Positions 25,100 to 37,401 of a stretch of DNA of 64,000 bases are shown piece after piece. Where the stretch lies: positions 66,520,258 through 66,584,257 of the forward strand of contig NC_090388.1 of assembly GCF_036365525.1 (NCBI RefSeq), read 5' to 3'. How positions within the stretch are numbered: position 1 is the first letter of the stretch; each line of letters opens with the position of its first letter. The position numbers and the translations under genes are program-made. This DNA is from Heterodontus francisci (taxonomy: Eukaryota). A model generated the notes under the pieces. The model saw only the letters and a list, made by a program, of their open reading frames with translations. It was not told the origin of the DNA and did not search any database.

Positions 25100-26385
25100 A
25101 TAATAATCAAGGAAAAAAATCAATGGAGACTTGGAGTGTTAATTACAGATAGCCAGCCTGGATCTGTAGAAGGCAGATTGTGCTAGACAAATCTAATTGA
25201 ATTTTTTGATGATGTAACAGAGAAGATTCATAAAGGAAATATGGTGGATGTTGTCTATATGAATTTTCAGAAAGTGTTTGATCAAGTAGCACATAAAAGC
25301 TGGTTATCAAAATTGAAACTCAAGGAATAGGAGGAACAGTGTCGAACTGGATAAAAAATTGGCTTAAGGACAAAAAACAGCAAGTCGTGGTAAAGGGATG
25401 TTTTTCAGACTGGAGGATGGTAGACAGTGGTGTTCCCCAATGGTCAGTGCTGGGACTATTGCCTTTTTTGATATATATAAATGACTTGGATCTTGGAATA
25501 CAGAGTAGAATTTAAAAATTTGCCGATGGCAGCAAACTTGGAGGTGCGGCAAACAGTGAGGATGATATGAACTGCCTGCAACAGGACATAGATAGATGTG
25601 CTAGCAGAATGGGCAAACAAGTGGCAGAAGGAATTCAATACTGACAAGTGTGATGTGATGCATTTTGGCAGAAGGAATAGGGAGAGTTCTAAAGAGTGTG
25701 CAGGAACAGAAGGACCTGGGAGTGCATGTGCATCGATCTTTGAAGGTGGCAGGACATATTGAGAAAGTGGTTAGCAAAGCATATGGGATCCTGGGCTTCA
25801 TAAATAGAGACATTGAGTACAAAAGCAGGAAAGTTATGTTGAACCGTTCTAAAGCTCTGGTTAGGTCCCAACTGGAATATTGCGTCCAGTTCTGGTCACC
25901 ACATTTTAGGAAGAATGTGAGGGTCCTTGAGATGGTGTAGAGGGGATTTACCAGAATGGTTCTGGGGATGGGGGATTTTAGTTACAAGGTTAGTTTGGAA
26001 AAGCTGGGGTTGTTCTCCTTAGAGCAAAGGATATTGAGGGGAGATTTAATAGAAATGTACAAGATTATGACAGGCATAGATAAGTTAGACAAGGAAAATC
26101 TGTTGCCATGAACTAATGTTACAAAGGATGCAGGGGGAATGTGAGGAAGAATTTTTTTACGTAGCGGGTGGTAATGACCTGGAACTTGCTGCCACAAGGG
26201 TGGTAGAAGCAGAGACAGTCAATGATTGCAAAAGGAAATTTGATGGGCACTTGAAGGAAATAAACTTGCAGGGCTACAGGGACTAGGTGTGGAAGTGGGA
26301 CTGATTGGATTGCTCCATGGAGAGCTGGCATGGACTCGATGGGCCAAATGGCCTCCTTCCGTGCCGTAAATGATTCTATGACTCT
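25100..26385 (+). mobile_element. CR1 LINE RT/3' region, degenerate
   Basis: KDLGVHVHRSLK, LVRSQLEYCVQFWSPH; tail ATGATTCTATGACTCT. Confidence 0.88.
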
Positions 26386-28364
26386 ACCTTTGTTCTTCGC
26401 ACTAACATATTTTGTCTAACTCATTCTGTAATCTCTGGGCTGCCCCTTCAATTCCACTCACCCTCCTGGCTGGTATCCTCTCTTAATTTGACTACTTTGC
26501 ACTCAGTTTCTGAATCTAAGCTGTTGATATAATTGAGAAACAGTTGTGGTCACAGTACCAATCTGTGAGTGCACCCACTCAGTACCTTCCTCCATAATTC
26601 CACAAACACGTACTCTTCAAGTTACTTATCCATTCACCAATTTGACCCTAAATTATTACAACTTTAAGTTTAGTAAAAGGCCTTCTCTGTGAAAGACCAT
26701 CTCATACATAACTAAGTCAGTAATTTTGCCTGGACTATATCTGGGGAAGGGCATATTGCTCATGCTTTCCTTATTGGTTGAGAATATTAACTATTTTTTG
26801 CTCATCCTCTATTTCACACCCATTTACACCCTTTTTGGTTCTTACCTCTTCTCTGACTGTCCTCTCACTCTTGAAGTACTGAAAAAGCAGCTTACTGTTT
26901 GGTGTCTTCAGCTACTGATGGTTTTCTAGGTCTTTCTTTACCCATCTGATCACCTTTCTAATATGTCTCTGCATGTTCCAGTATTCATCTCAAGTGAAAC
27001 CCCATCTCTTCCCTGTCGGATTGGTGCAAGTCGGCATTTCCCTTGATTTCAGTTCATTCGTTTATGGTCCATTTAGTGTCAAGTTTCTTCAATTTGAGCT
27101 AGCTAATTCTCATCCATGTATTTATCTTGCCCTGAACGTCCTGGACTGAGGAGGCGGGAACAAAGACTTGGCTCAGCTTGGGTGGTGCAGTGGAGGTGGT
27201 AAAGAGGACGCAGGGGCACGACCTTGCTCCACTAGGTCTCCCCCCTTTCTAGCCACAGCCAAAAATTGTTTTTCATCCCGACATTATTTAATGGGGTAGG
27301 CTGTCTGGTGTTGGCCAAGTGCTGTGTGTATCTGGCGGTGGGGGCAGCATCACTGGAGAAAAAGTAACACATTGTACACATTTCCTGTAGTATAGGAAAT
27401 ATGAGAACTGTGTGCAGTGACACATCATTTTACAACTTCTCATTGCTATGTGAATGCTTTTATATATAGAACTGGACATGAAATTTCCTAGTGATACGCT
27501 GTGCATTGTTTTACAAGTAACCTATATCAATACGACCACACCCAGAGCCACCCACGGAAGGGAAACCGATCTGATAAGATTCATACTCACTAAGTCATTT
27601 GTTTCACCTAAAGCCCTGGTGTGCATAGCCTTTTCTATTCTTCTAGCAAGAGCCAGCACTTACTCCATTCTGTGCTGTAAACTTCCAGGTTTCTATACAG
27701 TGAATTGTCTAGGATTTGAGGTTATGCCAACTTCTCCTTTGCTGCTGGTTCTGAAATTCAGCTGTAAAATGAATTGCTGTTGCAAGCAGTAGCATATAAC
27801 AGTAATCAAGATTGTTCTTTGCTTGTTAATGGGCAGTCCAGAAAGTTTTTGCTGGATACAGAGAGATATTTTCTCTTAAGATAGCTGGTGGTGTTTCTTT
27901 GTTGTTCTGTTTGCCTCTATCCTTTCTTTGATGCATATTATTTTTGTTGATGATACTGTATTTCCTTTATCATATCTTGTACGGATTTAAATCTTCCTAC
28001 GCTATTCCTTCTCCGTTCACTTTTCTGATTGAACATGAATCCATAAAGTGCTATGAGATAGGCAGTTTCAGACTGAAGTCAGATTCGATGAGATCACCCA
28101 TACTAAGCATTATTCTATTCATAGGTCTATCACCAATGTCAAGGCTACCTGAATATGACACAGGAACAGTACTTGCTGAAGCTATGTCTAACTAGAGCTA
28201 CTGTGTTACACATCTGCAACCAGCTTTAGGAATACCAGCAGTCAAGCTCCACCATCAAAATGCACTGCCAATAGAAAATAAGATCACCACTGCCCATAAA
28301 TTTTTTCTCACAATCATAACACAACATATATATTAATCAGCTTGCTGTCCACTACTGTCCACAC

Positions 28365-29447
28365 AAATTGGCTTAAGGACAGAAAACAGCGAGTCACAAA
28401 TGTTTTTTTTTCCATTGGAGAATGACAGACAGTGGCCTAAGGGTCAGTGCTAGAACCATTGATTTTTTGATATATATATATATAAATGACTTGGATATTG
28501 GAATACAGAATAAAATTTCAAAATTTGCTGATGATACCAAACTTGGAGATGTGGCAAACAGAGAGGATGTTACCAATCAACTGCAACAAGGCATAGATAG
28601 GCCAGCAGAATGGGCAGACAAGTGGCCGATGGAATTTAATACAGAGAAGTATGAGGTGATGCATTTTGGCAGAAGGGATAGGGAGCAGCAATACAAACTA
28701 AATGGCACCGTTCTAAAGTGTGTGCAAGAACACAGGGACCTGGGGGTTCATGTGCATCGATCTTTGAAGGTGGCAGGATATATTGAGAGAGTAATTAGCA
28801 AAACATATGGGAGCTTAGGCTTCATAAATAGAGGTATTGAGTATAAAAACAGAGAAGTTATGTTGAATCTCTATAAAGTTCTGGTTAGGCCACAACTGGA
28901 GTATTGCATCCAGTTCTGCTCACCAGACTTTAGGAAGGATGTGAGGGCCCTTGGGATGGTGCAGAGGAGATTTACCAGAATGGTGCCGGGGAGGGGGGAT
29001 TTTAGTTACAAGGTTAGGTTGGAAAAACTGGCTTTGTTCTCCTTGGTGCAAAGGAGATTGAGGAGAGAACTGATAGAGGTTTGCACGATTATGACCGGTT
29101 GAGATAAGGCAGACAAAGAAAAGCTGTTCCCATTACCTGATGGTACAAGGATCAGGGGACACCAATTTAAAGTTTTGGGCAAGAGATGAAGGAGGTATGT
29201 GAGGAAGAACTTTTTTACGCAGCGTGTTGTAATAACCTGGAACTCGCTACTTACGAGGGTGGTAGAAGTGGACAGGATAAATGATTTCAAAAGGAAATTG
29301 AATAGGCACTAGAGGAAAATAAACTTTCAGGGCTACAGGGATAGAGGGGGGAATGGGATTGACTGGATTGCTCTGCAGAGAGCCAGTATGTACTTGCTGG
29401 GCTGACTGGCCGCCTTCCGTGCCATAAAGACTCTACGGCTCTATGAC
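28365..29447 (+). mobile_element. CR1 LINE RT/3' region
   Basis: ORF 28422-29102 with YINDLD, KFADDTKLG, LVRPQLEYC; CR1 tail. Confidence 0.9.
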
Positions 29448-30098
29448 ACATCAGGAAGATATAAACACCTTATTTTATCATGTAATCATCATCAACATTC
29501 ACCGCTCCTTCCCCCCAAAACTGCAGAGGAAGACTGCCTTGTACCACAATCTTGGTTTCCTGAGATCCACACACAGTCTGGGGGCTTATATCAACTGCAA
29601 GAGATTCCATCATCTATGATGTACACATAGTTTGTGAAAGTCACCGAGAGGCAGCTTAATTATGACAATGACCAGCTCAATATAAACATACTTGCCCTCT
29701 CATCTTCACCATTCTGAAATCTGAAACTTTTTTTACCTTTTCATTTAACCCTTTATTAACAAGTTTCCGGACATATAAACCTCTGGAAGGGGTCGGATCC
29801 CCTGCCACATGCTCATTGGTCCTTCAGCTTCTGCAGGCAGCCAATTGCAGACTTCACAATGGTGGCTGAGGTGTTGTAAGTCCAAACAGCTCCAGCCACC
29901 ATTTCCATGCAGAATCCAAAATGTCAGATACCGACCACCCTCTGCTTCAACTTAGTCTTCCCGCAGAAGAAGCAGGTGTATTTGGTGTGTTGGCTGATAA
30001 TTTTTTTTCCACTATTTTGCAGAGCGAGGCTCCAGAGTGGTTCCATATTTCTCCATAATCCCGACCTTCATGGTGCTCTTTGCCATTTTCCCGGGTAG

Positions 30099-30235
30099 GA
30101 GTTCTGATGAAAGGTCATCGACCTGAAACATTAACTCTGTTTCTCTCTCCACAAATTCTGCCAGATCTGCTCAGTATTTCCAGCACTCTCTGCTTTTAGT
30201 TCAGATTTCCAACATCTGCACTATTTTGCTCTTGT
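30099..30235 (+). mobile_element. Solo Penelope-type terminal repeat with hammerhead motif (30099-30137)
   Basis: Colinear with 3818-3955; GAGTT-CTGATGA-AAGGTC-ATC-GACCT-GAAAC-ATT-AACTC. Confidence 0.75.
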
Positions 30236-31506
30236 AATTAGCTGCAGTTGCCCGAGATACCAGGTTCTGTCACTGCCATTAGTTTTGGAGAGCTGGGTAG
30301 GATGACTCTTTCTGTTGCCAGTTGTTAAGTAGTAGATATAAAAGGAAACAGGAATCACATTATGGGCAACTCCACAGGCAAGGATCCTCCTGTATTGCTG
30401 TGATGTTATCAATAACTTCCCACCCAAGACAAGGATTTGATATTTAGTGCACAAACCTTGTACACATTTCCCAGAGACATGAACAGTATCATCATTCTTC
30501 AGATTATACCAGATTGTGTCACAGGTTGAAAACAAATCCCCTGGTCAACACCTCAGGTGAATGGCAGAAAACTGATGTTCAATTAACCTGACAAGCATTA
30601 ACCTGGATTTGAAATCTTTATATTTTAGTTACATACCCTTGGAATATTGCCATACTGGGTTCCTCATTAATTTATCTATTCCAAGTACACTAAGAACACC
30701 TTTGCATCTTCTCAGTCAGGAAATACAATAGAAAGGATAACCGTAAGTAAATTAGATTTTGTGACTATGTTTGATGTTGAAATAATTTCGATCCAAGATG
30801 TAAGGTTAGGGAAGGTCCTGTGGGGTCAATTAATCTTCACTACTTTTATCTTGGAAGAAGGAGGGGGAGGAGTAAACAATATAAATTTCTGTTCACAACT
30901 GTCAGAAATGCCAATTCCATGAAATACATTTTATACTCTGACACAATGAACTTTCTGCTGCTATTTTAAAGGAAAGGGGTAAACGTCCATTCATTAAGCA
31001 GTTCCTTTTATATTTCAGGGTTATTACATTGTTCCATCATTGGATGAAATATGAATGAACTTTTTGTTGGCATCAAGGGTTACCAGGTCAGAGTGTGGAT
31101 TGGGTGGAGGATTAAGACTCCTGGTATCTTAGCCCAGTGATAGGAAGGGGGCAGACATACAGTAGATGGGGTGCAGAGACAGTCAGCCTTTGAATGATAT
31201 TCATTTCACTAGGCATCCTCACAGCCATTAGAGCGGAGACCCCATGCTAGTGAATGGCTGCGTTCATAAAGGGCCATTTGCAACCTTAACTTCAATTCAT
31301 TTTGTCGCAATTTGATGAGTTTATCAGATGATCAAGCAATTAGAATTCATTTTGACATTGAGAACATTCTAACTCCTTTTAATCTAGATTTATGTATCAA
31401 TCATGCGATATTAACTTTTGATGCTGGCTAAAAAAATAAGGAGCTGATTAACCAACATCATACTCACTTTCAATGTTGTTGAGAGTTGCTTTCATGCATC
31501 TCTTAC

Positions 31507-31797
31507 CTTCAGCAGAATAGCAGACCGATCCACCACAGCTTTTGCGACGAGTTGGCAGGTCAAGTCAAAATACTCAGCAGGTTTAACTTCTGAGAGTTTG
31601 ATGGTTGGCTTGTGGATAGAAAGGTTTGCATTTGCCCATCTGCGCAGTTCCTCCACAGTTTGTTGGTCAGTGGCAGTGTACTTGTATGATTTGCTGGATG
31701 CCCGTGGTTTCATGGGTGCTCCTGGAGTTCCATCGAATACCAAAGCTGAGAAACCAGCAGTGTTGATGGCCTGGAGCTCTTTGTTGAATTCTTGTAT
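31507..31797 (-). CDS. POT1: POT1 internal coding exon, end of OB1 and start of OB2 (equivalent to human I86-K182)
   Basis: Minus strand tag|ATA...AAG|gtaaga, 291 nt, phase 0/0. Translates IQEFNKELQAINTAGFSALVFDGTPGAPMKPRASSKSYKYTATDQQTVEELRRWANANLSIHKPTIKLSEVKPAEYFDLTCQLVAKAVVDRSAILLK, with POT1 hallmarks (GAP..PR.SSK, LR.W, YFDLTCQL, LLK). Splices in frame to 54822-54952. Confidence 0.97.
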
Positions 31798-33381
31798 CTA
31801 TACATGGATAATGCAACAAAGATTTAGTACCACTGTCAGTTTTGTTACTTTGCCAATTTACTAATTAGACAGACCAGCGGACCCCAATTGGCCCAAGTAA
31901 CAGAATCCTCCTCTGTATTGCTCAGTTGGATGGTCAGTAAGTGGAACAGATTAGCGGCACCGATGGTGGAACAAGAAACCTTTACAGGTTTCAAGAAGGG
32001 TCGAGACAAACACGACTTAGTAGAAATGTCCCGAGGGAATAGAATGCAGAGCATGATTAGATGGACCAAAGGTCTTTGCCTGAAATTATTGCTATGCTAC
32101 CATCTTCCTTCCCAAGTAGTTGTCAGAACTTTTGCCTTCCATGAAACATTGCTTCTTTTTTTTTTTGTTTCCTACATTACAACAGTGTCTACACTTCAAA
32201 AGTACTTCATTGGCTGTAAAGCATTTTGCAACATCCTGAGCTGGTGAAAGGTACACTGTAAATACAAATTCTTCCTTCCTTTATTTACATTTCATCCTAT
32301 TTATTTGTGAAACCACATAACTTTTTTTTAATTTGACTTCATTCCAGTACTGTACCATGTGTCCAATTATAAAAATTGGGGGGAGCTATTCATGATCCAT
32401 CTATTTCCAGTATCTGCCAGCAAGGGTCAATAACACACGCTCATATGGCCCATCTAATGTCATGAACATCTCAAGACCCTTCAGAGGTAAGGGTCCGATT
32501 CGAGCAAAAGTAAGGAAAAGAAATACGGAAGGGGGCTAGGGAGTTATGTTTTGCGCAGACGAGGTGGAATTAGGAAGAAAGAGGTGGTTGAAGGCCCTGG
32601 TGCAATGGACAGAAAGGGTGTTTACACAGTAGAGCAGGTGAGGGTAGGGCATGAACATTGGCACTGGGTTCTATTAACATCCGCCATTATACTGAATAAT
32701 GGAAGATTCTACTGTATCCAGTGAGAGACAACTGTTAATTAAAACTGGAGAAATGTTGCAGACGCTGAAGCATTTTTCTCTGAAATTCTAAACTTCCCTG
32801 TTTATATGCATGGTGTTGAAATGTAGCATGCCAGAAGGGTCAATACACTTCATGATATACTTTTAATACATCATGCTTTACATTTAGTTTGTCCTCTTTT
32901 ACATCTCTATAACAATGGTTGAAATGGCAATCAGCTCAGAGAGTCATAACATATCTAAAATTGACCAACAAAATGATCCCATTGATATAGCATCAGTTAC
33001 CTAATTCAAATTTATTAAAAAGATGGTTTTAAAACTAGGCAGTACTGTTAATTAGTAAAAACCAAGTCTAAATATCTAAGTTTACAGTACTTAAAAATGT
33101 TTGGATAGAGGTACAGAAGATTTTACAAAAACGTTTTAATGCACAGCTTAGGAAGGCTGATAAAAAACAGTATGATGCTGTATTACACCATAAGTTGTGC
33201 GACAATTCTCTTACAATGCTGGCATTCACTCCATTCAAAACAGGTTTCTTTTTAAACTAACTAAATGTCACGGAAAGTTATCTTTTAAAAAGTTGCTTTT
33301 ACCTTAAATTGATCATCCAGGATATAATGCTGAGCCTATTTTTCAAGTTTCGCACAATTGGCTGGCACTACAGATTGAAAA

Positions 33382-36300
33382 CTTCTTCTTTGGCCTCCTT
33401 ATCTCGAGAGACAATGGATAAGCGCCTGGAGGTGGTCAGTGGTTTGTGAAGCAGCGCCTGGAGTGGCTATAAAGGCCAATTCTAGAGTGACAGGCTCTTC
33501 CACAGGTGCTGCAGAGAAATTTGTTTGTCGGGGCTGTTACACAGTTGGCTCTTCCCTTGCGCCTCTCTTTTTTCCTGCCAAATACTAAGTCTCCTCGACT
33601 CGCCACAATTTAACCCCGTCTTTATGGCTGCCCGCCAGCTCTGGCGAATGCTGGCAAGTGACTCCCACGACTTGTGATCAATGTCACAGGATTTCATGTC
33701 GCGTTTGCAGACGTCTTTAAAGCGGAGACATGGACGGCCGGTGGGTCTGATAGCAGTGGCGTGCTCGCTGTACAATGTGTCTTTGGGGATCCTGCCATCT
33801 TTCATGTGGCTCACATGGCCAAGCCATCTCAAGCGCCGCTGACTCAGTAGTGTGTATAAGCTGGGGATGTTGGCCGCCTCGAGGACTTCTGCGTTGGAGA
33901 TACGGTCCTGCCACCTGATGCCAAGTATTCTCCGGAGGCAGCGAAGATGGAATGAAATGAGACGTCGCTCTTGGCTGACATACGTTGTCCAGGCCTCGCT
34001 GCCATAGAGCAAGGTACTGAGGACACAGGCCTGATACACTCGGACTTTTGTGTTCCGTGTCAGTGCGCCATTTTCCCACACTCTCTTGGCCAGTCTGGAC
34101 ATAGCAGTGGAAGGCTTTCCCATGCTTTTGTTGATTTCTGCATCTAGAGACAGGTTACTGATGATAGTTGAGCCTAGGTAGGTGAACTCTTGAACCACTT
34201 CCAGAGCGTAGTCGCCAATATTGATGGATGGAGCATTTCTGACGTCCTGCCCCATGATGTTCGTTTTCTTGAGGCTGATGGTGAGGCCAAATTCATTGCA
34301 GGCAGCCGCAAACCTGTCGATGAGACTCTGCAGGCACTCTTCAGTGTGAGATGTTAAAGCAGCATCGTCAGCAAAGAGGAGTTCCCTGATGAGGACTTTC
34401 CGTACTTTGGACTTCGCTCTTAGACGGGCAAGGTTGAACAACTTGCCCCCTGATCTTGTGTGGAGGAAAATTCCTTCTTCAGAGGATTTGAACGCATGTG
34501 AAAGCAGCAGGGTGAAGAAAATCCCAAAAGGTGTGGGTGCGAGAACACAGCCCTGTTTCACGCCACTCAGGATAGGAAAGGGCTCTGATGAGGAGCCACC
34601 ATGTTGAATTGTGCCTTTCATATTGTCATGGAATGAGGTGATGATACTTCTTAGCTTTGGTGGGCATCCAATCTTTTCTAGTAGTCTGAAGAGACCACGT
34701 CTGCTGACGAGGTCAAAGGCTTTGGTGAGATCAATGAAAGCAATGTAGAGGGGCATCTGTTGTTCACGGCATTTCTCCTGTATCTGACGAAGGGAGAACA
34801 GTATGTCAACGGTCGATCTCTTTGCACGAAAGCCACACTGTGCCTCAGGGTAGACGCGCTCGTCCAGCTTCTGGAGCCTGTTTAGAGTGACTCGAGCAAA
34901 GACTTTCCCCACTATGCTGAGCAGGGAGATTCCACGGTAGTTGTTGCAGTTACCGCGGTCACCTTTGTTTTTATAGAGGGTGATAATATTGGCATCGCGC
35001 ATGTCCTGAGGTACTGCTCCCTCGTCCCAGCACAGGGATAGCAGTTGATGTAGTGCTGAGAGTATAGCAGGCTTGGTACTCTTGATTATTTCAGGGGTAA
35101 TGCTGTCCTTCCCAGGGGCTTTTCCGCTGGCTAGAGAATCAATGGCATCACTGAGTTCTGATTTGGTTGGCTGTATGTCCAGCTCATCCATGACTGGGAG
35201 AGGCTGGGCTGCATTGAGGGCGGTCTCAGTGACAACATTCTCCCTGGAGTACAGTTCTAGGTAGTGCTCAACCCAGCGGTCCATTTGTTTGCGTTGGTCA
35301 GTGATTATGTCCCCTGATTTAGATTTGAGGGGGGCGCGATCTTCTTGATGGTTGGCCCAAAAGCTCTCTTAATGCCATCATACATTCCTCTGATGTTTCC
35401 GGTGTCTGAGGCCAGCTGAATATGACTGCATAGGTGTTGCCAGTAGTCGTTTGCGCAGCGCCTGGCTGTTCTTTGTGCAGTGCTTCTGGCTGCTTTAAGT
35501 GCTGCGGATGTTAAATCACTGGGGGCTTTCTTGTAGTTCAACAGTGCAATGCGCTTAGCGGCTATGACAGGTTCCAGCTCTTCATTATGAGATTGAAACC
35601 AGTCTGCATTTCTCTTCTCACTTTTGCCGTCGGTGGTCAAAGCTGACTCATAGATGGCATCTCTGATGTGGGCCCACTTGGTCTCAACATCCCCTGTGGG
35701 AGTGTTTTAAAGGGCTGTTACAAGTGAATTTAGAAATTTTTGTAACAGCTGTGGGTGAGAAATTCTGCTTGTGTTGATGCGCGGGTGGCCCTTCTGCTTG
35801 GAATGATGCAACTTCTTTGGTCTGAGTCTAACTTTGCTGCACACCAGGGAGTGGTCGGTGTCGCAGTCCACACTGTGGAAGCTGCGTGTGATTTGAACAC
35901 TGTTTTATGCGGCTCGCCTTGTGACAATGAGGTCTAGCTGGTGCCAACGACGTGATCTTGGGTGCCTCCATGAAACCTGGTGACAGGGTTTAGTGTGAAA
36001 GAATGAGTTGGTGATGCAAAGGTTATGATAGGTACACAACTCAAGCAGTCTCTGCCGTTCTCATTCATCCTTCCAATGCCATAGCGCCCAAGGCAGGAGG
36101 GGCATGAGTCATGGTCGGCCCCAACCCTGGCATTAAAGTCCCCCAGCAGGAATAGGTGTTCGGTGTTGGGGATGCTGCTAATGATATTATGGAGTTCCTC
36201 GCAGAACTGATCTTTAGCTTCAGGTGGGGAGCAGAGTGTTGGAGCATAGATGCTGAGTAGGTGTACTGGGACAGAGGTGGTGAGCAATCAGATGGACAGT

Positions 36301-37195
36301 ATGGGTTCCGAGCCATTTGAGGGAGGCTGTATCATGCTGAGCAAGGTGTTTCTGATGGCGAAGCCCACTCCATGCTGTCTTGGTTCTTCAGGATCCCTGC
36401 CCTGCCAGAAGAAGGTGTAGTCTTGCTCCGCTAGAGATCCACTTGCGGGGAGGCGTGTCTTCTGAAGTGCTGCAATGTCTACATTGAGTCTACTGAGCTC
36501 ATTGTTAATGATGGTGGTCTTCCGAGAATCGTTGATTTGTGTAAGGTCTTCCGACAGGCCAGGACACATAGTTCTGACGTTCCAGCTTGCAAAGCGAAGG
36601 GCTGGTACCTTCTTTCCTTTTTTCGTGTTGTTTGATGCTGTGTATCAGTCCACCTTTCGGGCAAATACCCTGAGCTCCAAGCACCCATTGAAGCAGGTAG
36701 ACTGTGGCGGGACAGAACCTTATTGACCGGGGGCTGCCCGGTTTGAGGCGGGCGGTAGCTGTCCAATGAGGTGCGATGACCTCTCCCACCGACAAAGGCA
36801 ACCCGTGGCGCCCAGTTTCTACGCCAATTTATCTGGACTTATAACCCGTAACTGCTGCCTTCCGTGTTGTTTCAGCTGCTGTGAGGCAACTATGGAGTGA
36901 CCTTTCCATGGCGTATGCCTGGGCGAATGTATGGAGGTTGAGAGTTGCCCAGTCGTCAAAACCCCCCTCTCGGCCTTTCTGGTGGGGTCCAAAGGAGTGC
37001 AGAGCACGACGTTTGGCACCGGTATGGCTGCAGGAACTGCCGGAAACATGCCAAATGTGACACATGACCGCCTACGGGGTTCCGCTCCGGATTATCTGTT
37101 AGGGTTTACTCCCTTAGCCTTGGTCTCTCCCGAGATGCCCACAAGGCAGTGGGGTTGTTAGGGCCCCTACACAGGTGTAGGATGATGCCGGTGGG
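33382..37195 (-). mobile_element. RTE-clade LINE, near full length (5' UTR, frameshifted APE, 600-aa RT ORF, GAA tail)
   Basis: ORF 33482-35284 with NYRGISLLS, QCGFR, FIDLTKAFD, GVKQGC, LFADD; APE remnants DIAALQKTR, YAPT, LGDFNARVG in 35934-36569. Confidence 0.95.
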
Positions 37196-37401
37196 AGGAG
37201 GGGATGCGAGGGGGAGGGGTGGAGGGAGGGGGGTGCGAGGGGGAGCTGGGAAGGGGGCTGTAAGGGGGTGGGGGGGTGCAGGGGGAAGATGGTGCGAGGG
37301 GGGGTGCTGGGATGGGGTTGTGAGGGGGTGAGCTGAGAGGGTGGAGCAGGGAAGGGGACGGGGGGTGGAAGGGGGGGGGGGAAGTGGGGGGGAAAGAGGG
37401 T
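37190..37401 (+). repeat. G-rich low-complexity tract with G-quadruplex potential
   Basis: About 210 nt of closely spaced runs of three or more G. Confidence 0.85.
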
